Origin: an uncultured Bacillota bacterium
GTDB taxonomy: Bacteria > Bacillota_I > Bacilli_A > RFN20 > CAG-826
NCBI GenBank assembly: GCA_949287245.1
Contig: CASEFL010000003.1
Span: forward strand, 67,404-131,403
Direction: 5' to 3'
DNA: 64,000 bases
A program made the translations under genes and the position numbers. Below, one piece after another: positions 58,281-64,000 of the stretch. Numbering within the stretch: position 1 is the stretch's first letter; the number at the start of each line of letters is the position of its first letter. A model generated the notes under the pieces. It saw only the letters and a list, made by a program, of their open reading frames with translations. It ran no database searches and had not been told where the DNA came from.

Positions 58281-60107
58281 ATGAAAAAGATTCTTCTTAT
58301 TACTGCACTTAGTCTTACTCTTCCTCTTGGCTTAATTAGTTGCCAAGGGGAGGGGCAAGATTCTACATCGAACATTCCTTCATCAAGCGAAACGATTCAA
58401 GCGGATCGGATTACGATTTCTGATGATTGTCCTACAGAAATTGCCCTTGGTGTGCCTTTCTCTTTAAAAGACTACATTAAGACCACTCCCAATAATGCTT
58501 CGCTTTCCTATCGCCCAATTACCGAGAATATCACGGTAACTTCAGAAGGCATTGTGACTGCTGTTGCACCTGGCGATTTTGCCGTTATGGTGGAAAGTGG
58601 AGCGACAAGAAGGCGTTTTGAAGGAAAAGCAGTTTCTCAAAATCTTCTTGATGTGAAAGAAGTTTTAAAAAGCCTTACGAACAATTACCAAGCTGTCGGC
58701 GTTATTACGGATGCCTCCGATTATTCCAGCGGATACTTGGATATCAATGTTCATAACGATAACTATTTCTGGTCTTATGCCCAATATGGCGGAATATTAG
58801 GATTAGATGGATATAGTTATACCTATGAACTGGAAAGCACAATGGAGGAAGATGGCTCCATTACCATGGGTAAATTAACCGTAAACCCTGGCAGATATTC
58901 TCCTTTTGATGCTTTAATCTACGGCACTCCTCTTAGTGACTATAGCGATTACGTGGAAGATATTCTTGATCAAAATGGGGACATTACTGGCACGATTCGT
59001 ATGGATAGAGCTGCCATGGAAGACCTTCTTTATTATGTCTTTGGAGGCATGAGTCTTTCCTCTTTGGAAATGATTGGTGGCTGTTATCAAAGTGCAACAT
59101 ACACGGTTGAACTTTTCAAAGATGAAGAAGGGAATTTAAGCGGCATTGATTTTATTGGTTCGTCTCCTACTTTGGGTACAAGTTATCTTACTGTGGAATT
59201 AACAGCTATTAATGAAAAGGGATTAGTCGAACCAGTTGAAGATTTTATTAAGGCTGGCGTTCATCCTCAAAAACTAGAAAATCCAAAATTTAATGAACGT
59301 TTTGCGGAGATTCTTAATAAAAAAACCTATACAATCGAGGCAACTGCTTCTGTTGGTTCTTTTAGTAGTGAAGATACAAATTACGATAGAAATAATTGGA
59401 TTGAAACCGATGATTCTTACGTTTTAACCTCGATGGAGAATGATTGGGGATTCCATAATGGTTCTTATACCCGTTATGTGAATGAAACAACGGTTTACTC
59501 CATTAATAACGAAACAAAAGAAAAAAGTGTTCTTCTCCCCCATAATAACGTTACTTATCAAGCAACTGGCGATGAAGAAGGCTGGGATACTCCTTCAGAA
59601 GCCTTTACTGATCCTGAGCTGAACGTTTGGAGCGAAGGAGTTGGCATTACCGTTGACTTAGGTGTAAACATCGGTTCTGTTGTTACTTATGCCGGATTTA
59701 CCTTTGCGGATTTAACCACTGCTCTATTAGAAAAAGTTGACTATAACGATGTCAAAACTTTAGAAGACGGCACGATTCGCGCATCAGCAAACGCTTTAGG
59801 CGATGAGAAAGGGGCTTTTTTCCAAGTTGCCTTAAGTAACTTCCCCATGGAAGGGCCTTGGATTACGGCAATGATTTCCTGTCTTCAAGCCTCTGGTAAT
59901 CCAAATATTGGTTGGCAAAATTTAATTGATTTAATCATCGTTACTCTTAAACCAAACGGCGATATTACTCTTCAATTCTCCCTAAGCGGCCTTGCTTTAA
60001 ATGAAGAAGCTTCGGCTTTATTTGGTATGCTTTGGGAAATTTCGATTACGAATATTGGTGTTGACCAAGTACCAAGTAATCTTGAAGCGGAAATATTTGG
60101 TGAATAA
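58281..60107 (+). CDS. Acidic lipoprotein, function unknown (paralogue of 60234..62246)
   Basis: LIS-C lipobox, GAGGAG RBS, Ig-like N-terminal region. Confidence 0.8.
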   Translation: MKKILLITALSLTLPLGLISCQGEGQDSTSNIPSSSETIQADRITISDDCPTEIALGVPFSLKDYIKTTPNNASLSYRPITENITVTSEGIVTAVAPGDFAVMVESGATRRRFEGKAVSQNLLDVKEVLKSLTNNYQAVGVITDASDYSSGYLDINVHNDNYFWSYAQYGGILGLDGYSYTYELESTMEEDGSITMGKLTVNPGRYSPFDALIYGTPLSDYSDYVEDILDQNGDITGTIRMDRAAMEDLLYYVFGGMSLSSLEMIGGCYQSATYTVELFKDEEGNLSGIDFIGSSPTLGTSYLTVELTAINEKGLVEPVEDFIKAGVHPQKLENPKFNERFAEILNKKTYTIEATASVGSFSSEDTNYDRNNWIETDDSYVLTSMENDWGFHNGSYTRYVNETTVYSINNETKEKSVLLPHNNVTYQATGDEEGWDTPSEAFTDPELNVWSEGVGITVDLGVNIGSVVTYAGFTFADLTTALLEKVDYNDVKTLEDGTIRASANALGDEKGAFFQVALSNFPMEGPWITAMISCLQASGNPNIGWQNLIDLIIVTLKPNGDITLQFSLSGLALNEEASALFGMLWEISITNIGVDQVPSNLEAEIFGE

Positions 60108-60130
60108 GAAACCGCTTTCACAAAAGAAAT

Positions 60131-60151
60131 AGCCCCGTTTTGGGGCTTTTT
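60131..60151 (+). terminator. Intrinsic terminator
   Basis: AGCCCC-GTTTT-GGGGCT followed by a T-run. Confidence 0.85.
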
Positions 60152-60233
60152 TCTTAAATTTTAAAAATAATCATTGAGATAAATAAGAAAGCGCATATAA
60201 AGACAAGTGCTCATAGGAAAGGAGTTTTAATTT

Positions 60234-62246
60234 ATGAATAAAACGAAAGCATCGGTCTTCGTTCTCAGTGCTCTCGCCCTTTGTGGTCTCATTCTACCAA
60301 GTTGCGATGTTAATACTGCTTCTGATACGAATACCTCCTCAACAAGTGAACTTCCTGGCTTAGACGTTAACCAAGTCACCTCCGTTATGATTAAAGATGG
60401 TGTAAACCGTGACGTTGCCGTTGGCACAACAGTGGAAGTGCGCCCCAACATCAACGTTCGTCTTAGTGGTGCATCCGAGTCGATTAGCGGTGACGCTTAC
60501 TCTTATGCGATGACTTTGACGGCAAATACACCAAACGTTACTGTAGATAATGATAAAGGTACTTTTACTGTTACGGGTGCCGGTGATTACGCAGTAAGAA
60601 TTACCATTGGTACGGTAAACCGTGTTTGGCAAGGAACAGGCATTTCTCAAGCTGCTTTTGAAATCCGGGAATTAGCCTCTAAAGTAACAAATACTTATAC
60701 GGCTAAGTTCTATGCTCAACAAGGAGCTACCACGACCTTAAGTTTATTTAACCGTATTGTTCACGATGAAGATTATGTCCGTGTTGATCAAACAAGTGGT
60801 TCTTATGGCTATCTCCGTTCTGGATTAGGCCATTGCTATATGTATGAATATTTAAGCAACGGAACCATTGAGGTTGCCCCTGGAAGAATGATTGACCTCA
60901 GTTATTTGATTGTTGGCGCCGATATTAGCATTGCCAGTGACTCTATTGTCGATGTTATCGATGATGATGGGAATGTCTTATATCAAACCATGGACATGAC
61001 GACATTTAGTGATGTAGCTTATACAGCATCGGCTCAACCTTTTGATGCTACAGCCTTAGAAGAAAGCGGTCATTTAGAGGTTAGCACATATACCGATGAA
61101 AAAGGTGCTCTTGCCTTACGTATGGATTACATTTTCACAAATGAAACCGATCCTTATTTCCGTTTAGACATTGAAAATATTGGCGTTGAAAATCAAATTC
61201 CTGCCGTAGAAAACTATATTGCTTCGAAAGAAGAACCCACTCCTTTAAAACAAGAAAAGATTGAAAGCGTCTTAACGGATATCACCACAAACAAACTTTC
61301 TTATACCTTAGTAGCCTCCACTCAAGTTGGTTACTTTGATGATAATGGATCGTGGCACGATTATGCTGATCCAACTGCTGTTGATATCATCTCTCAATGG
61401 GGATTCACCACATCTTCCCAATCCATCACCTTCGTCAATGGCGATAATTACTATAGCCTTGATCAAAATGGCAATGTCACAGCTTATTTACCAGGAGAAG
61501 GGGCAGATACGAACATCTACTCTGTTGTTGGAAAAGTTACTTCTGCTGATGGAGAATTTGACATCAATGATGAAGAAGCTTATGGCACAGGCTTTACTCA
61601 AAGTGGCACCGCAACGGCTTCTGGCTTAACCAAAGCTGGTACTCCAGAAACAACCGTTGATGGAGGAGAAGCCACAAGCGATGGCATTTGGAGTAAGGGA
61701 ATTGCAGCAACCGTCAGTGGCGGTGGTCAAACCTTCACTTTACCTGCACCAATCACCATTACAGACTTAACTGGCGAGGCCTTTGGCAAAGTAGACCTTA
61801 ACTACAGTGAATCACAAATTTTAACGGATACTCTTGGTTTAACAGAATTAGGCACCTTTGATGTTGCGGCAATGACTCCTTATGGAGATGAGGAAGAAGG
61901 AAACTTCATTTATAACATCATCGCGAACATCCCAGGACATGGATACGCAGATGCCTATACCCTTTCTGGCATGACCGATTCCACTTACACCATGAAGTGG
62001 TATGACTTCTTAGGTGTTGCTCAAATTGGCTATTATGATTTCAACACCGAAGCAGAAGCCGCTGGAAATAGTGACATGCTTACGATGATGGTTTCTAGTA
62101 GTGGTTGGGGCAGCGCGGTTGTCGATGGTAGCGCCTACGCCATTGAATTAATGTGGAATATCACCGTCATGGATATTGGTAAAACCTCCTTACCAGAAGG
62201 ATTTATGGAGAAAGTAACCTTACCCGCAGCAAGCGAAAACGCTTAA
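60234..62246 (+). CDS. Acidic lipoprotein, function unknown
   Basis: LPS-C lipobox, AAGGAG RBS; shares sequence blocks with the upstream lipoprotein. Confidence 0.8.
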   Translation: MNKTKASVFVLSALALCGLILPSCDVNTASDTNTSSTSELPGLDVNQVTSVMIKDGVNRDVAVGTTVEVRPNINVRLSGASESISGDAYSYAMTLTANTPNVTVDNDKGTFTVTGAGDYAVRITIGTVNRVWQGTGISQAAFEIRELASKVTNTYTAKFYAQQGATTTLSLFNRIVHDEDYVRVDQTSGSYGYLRSGLGHCYMYEYLSNGTIEVAPGRMIDLSYLIVGADISIASDSIVDVIDDDGNVLYQTMDMTTFSDVAYTASAQPFDATALEESGHLEVSTYTDEKGALALRMDYIFTNETDPYFRLDIENIGVENQIPAVENYIASKEEPTPLKQEKIESVLTDITTNKLSYTLVASTQVGYFDDNGSWHDYADPTAVDIISQWGFTTSSQSITFVNGDNYYSLDQNGNVTAYLPGEGADTNIYSVVGKVTSADGEFDINDEEAYGTGFTQSGTATASGLTKAGTPETTVDGGEATSDGIWSKGIAATVSGGGQTFTLPAPITITDLTGEAFGKVDLNYSESQILTDTLGLTELGTFDVAAMTPYGDEEEGNFIYNIIANIPGHGYADAYTLSGMTDSTYTMKWYDFLGVAQIGYYDFNTEAEAAGNSDMLTMMVSSSGWGSAVVDGSAYAIELMWNITVMDIGKTSLPEGFMEKVTLPAASENA

Positions 62247-62262
62247 TTCTTCAATCAAATAT

Positions 62263-62289
62263 TGAGCCTTCAAAAGAAGGCTCTTTTTT
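62263..62289 (+). terminator. Intrinsic terminator
   Basis: GAGCCTTC-AAAA-GAAGGCTC-TTTTT. Confidence 0.88.
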
Positions 62290-62353
62290 ATTTTTAAAAA
62301 TTAAAAATCAATGCAAAAACGAAAGATTAAAAAAGAAATAGGGACTTCTATCC

Positions 62354-63808
62354 CTATTTCTCTTCAATCTTTTTGTTTTCTTGCTGTAATAAGTGAATTC
62401 CCATTTTTAGTTTACTACGTTCAGATGGTTTTAACTTCCTTAAACGAGCAATCTGTTCAAGAAGATCTTTCTTTTTCCTTTCTCCTGTTACCTTAGGATT
62501 ACTAAGATTTGCCATTAAAATAAATTCGAATCTTTTTGCTTCTTTTAACGCTTCACTTTCTTCCTTTTTAGGACGAGAAGTAGGCCTTATTTTTTTCTTT
62601 GGTGCTTCTTCTTTCTTTTTTAAACCATCTAAAGAGGCAAAATACGTCTGAACCTTTTTCACATGGAAAATGACATTATGAATGAGAAGTTCCTTTTCTA
62701 TTCCTGCAGGTAAAGTAAAGTTCTTAAGAGCATCCTTTAAATTCCCTTCCGTTAAGTCGTATGGCCCATGAATCATCGGAACATACGCAATTTCATCCGC
62801 GCGAAGAATGACATGATTCTCGCTTATTGCTTTACGAATGGCTTCTTCTAATGTTGATCCGCTATAAAAGGCAGCGTGAATCGAAGAAGAAATTTTATCT
62901 CCAACTCGGATTTCCTTTACTGGATTTTTCACAGGAATGAGAGTGCTCCTTTTCGCGTCAATAGGACGCGAAATCTTTGCAAAACTCCCCTCATTATTCC
63001 TTTTTTGTAAAGATAATGACGGTTTTACCTTTAATAAGCTTGTCTCCAAATTTTTCTTCCATTCCATTAATTTGCTAAAAGAATAATGAAGATTTAATAA
63101 AGAAGTTTCTTCTTTGGAGATACTTTGTAGTCTTTTTATTTGTGTGGAAACAAGAGAAAAAATCTTCTTTTCGTTTCCTTCTTTCCTCATTAAAAATAAT
63201 TCTTGGTCTTTTTTTAATATCAACGATAGTTCTTTTGATAAATTCGGCTTCTTACTTTTTCCTTGAGAAGAGGGATTATGTATTGTTTCCTTATTGCTTA
63301 AAGCATCTTTAATGGGGCTAATCTCTCCTCCTGACTTTAAGCTATAAACAGAAACTAGTTGACCATGTTGCGACTCCATTTGATTTAAGTGAAGTAAATC
63401 TCTTGCTAATTTTCGATCTTGAGTCACAACAAGAATTCTTTTTTCTAAACGATATTCGTTTACGTAGTTATAAATCGCGTTATCAGCAAAGGTGGCCTTA
63501 TTCTTTTTTTCGTGTTCTAAGAGTTTGCTGCCCCCTCTTGCGGCATCCGCTTTAAGAATTTTTAACGCGCGAATCGCCCCAATTCTAGTTACAGGGTTCG
63601 TATCTTCTTCTTTCTTTTCTAATTCATGAAGAACCGCGCTTAATAAAACGATATGAACGCTATTTTTCCAATAATCCTTTGAATTCCATAAAAGTTCCAT
63701 GAACTCTGGGAATTCTTCTTCCATTAAGGAACAAGTATCCAAGAAGACGTAATCAAATCCTGCTAGGATTAGACCAAACGCCGAGGATTTCTTTTCCTCT
63801 ATGTACAT
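62354..63808 (-). CDS. PIN-domain protein with a long basic C-terminal region
   Basis: FLDTCSLM, VLHELE, ADNAI, VVTQDRKL give the PIN acidic tetrad; AAGGAGG upstream. Confidence 0.8.
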   Translation of the reverse strand: MYIEEKKSSAFGLILAGFDYVFLDTCSLMEEEFPEFMELLWNSKDYWKNSVHIVLLSAVLHELEKKEEDTNPVTRIGAIRALKILKADAARGGSKLLEHEKKNKATFADNAIYNYVNEYRLEKRILVVTQDRKLARDLLHLNQMESQHGQLVSVYSLKSGGEISPIKDALSNKETIHNPSSQGKSKKPNLSKELSLILKKDQELFLMRKEGNEKKIFSLVSTQIKRLQSISKEETSLLNLHYSFSKLMEWKKNLETSLLKVKPSLSLQKRNNEGSFAKISRPIDAKRSTLIPVKNPVKEIRVGDKISSSIHAAFYSGSTLEEAIRKAISENHVILRADEIAYVPMIHGPYDLTEGNLKDALKNFTLPAGIEKELLIHNVIFHVKKVQTYFASLDGLKKKEEAPKKKIRPTSRPKKEESEALKEAKRFEFILMANLSNPKVTGERKKKDLLEQIARLRKLKPSERSKLKMGIHLLQQENKKIEEK

Positions 63809-63864
63809 GTTTTCTTTTTCTTTCCTCCTTTCTTTCTTATTTTACTTCATTTTTTCTTCTATAG

Positions 63865-63890
63865 AAAAGGAGGGGTTTCCCCCTCCAAAA
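63865..63890. terminator. Intrinsic terminator
   Basis: AAAA-GGAGGGG-TTTC-CCCCTCC; T-run on the minus strand after the truncated CDS. Confidence 0.75.
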
Positions 63891-63908
63891 GATGAAGTCA
63901 AATTTTGT

Positions 63909-64000
63909 TTAGGCTTCAGGAACAACAAGAGTAATTCCCTCTCTTGTATAAGTGTAGGTTTCTCCACCATCAATGGTTACCGTCACTTCCCCATCAACCT
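63909..64000 (-). CDS. 3' end of a CDS truncated by the window edge
   Basis: Open frame VDGEVTVTIDGGETYTYTREGITLVVPEA-stop, followed by a terminator. Confidence 0.6.
   Translation of the reverse strand, partial: VDGEVTVTIDGGETYTYTREGITLVVPEA

Noticed and set aside
877-62496. Numerous 60-133 aa ORFs nested in or antisense to longer genes (e.g. 6103..6414, 8309..8617, 12064..12426, 24923..25312, 54787..55188)
   Set aside because: Shadow frames of well-supported CDSs, with no RBS or recognisable motif
1-64000. Genetic code 4 (TGA=Trp), suggested by the Mollicutes-like features
   Set aside because: Long ORFs are intact under code 11, TGA ends several genes, and RF2 is encoded

Overview
AT-rich chromosomal window from a small-genome Firmicute using the standard code (TGA is a stop and prfB is present). 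The many Ser/Thr-linker lipoproteins and insertion-bearing Opp ATPases suggest an Erysipelotrichales/RFN20-like or basal Mollicutes-like member of Bacilli (inference). About 53 CDSs and one tRNA-Ala(CGC). Housekeeping blocks: prfA-prmC-tsaC-rpiB-comFA-comFC-secA-prfB(+1 frameshift)-yitT-uvrB-HAD-secG, and dnaX-ybaB-recR-tmk-holB-ricT-rsmI. No CRISPR array, IS element or prophage was seen. Most notable observations: (1) a non-canonical ThyX-fold gene overlapping folD, a candidate alternative thymidylate synthase; (2) an 872-aa arginine decarboxylase-agmatine deiminase fusion next to aguB; (3) a ~19-kb peptide-foraging locus with an enlarged Opp transporter, two M6-like lipoprotein metalloproteases and paralogous lipoproteins; (4) many apparently leaderless genes, with GC-rich sequence just after the -10 box; (5) tandem variant CIRCE operators at hsp20; (6) a structured oppA-oppB intergenic RNA. 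All functional calls come from motif recognition by eye; no database searches were run.
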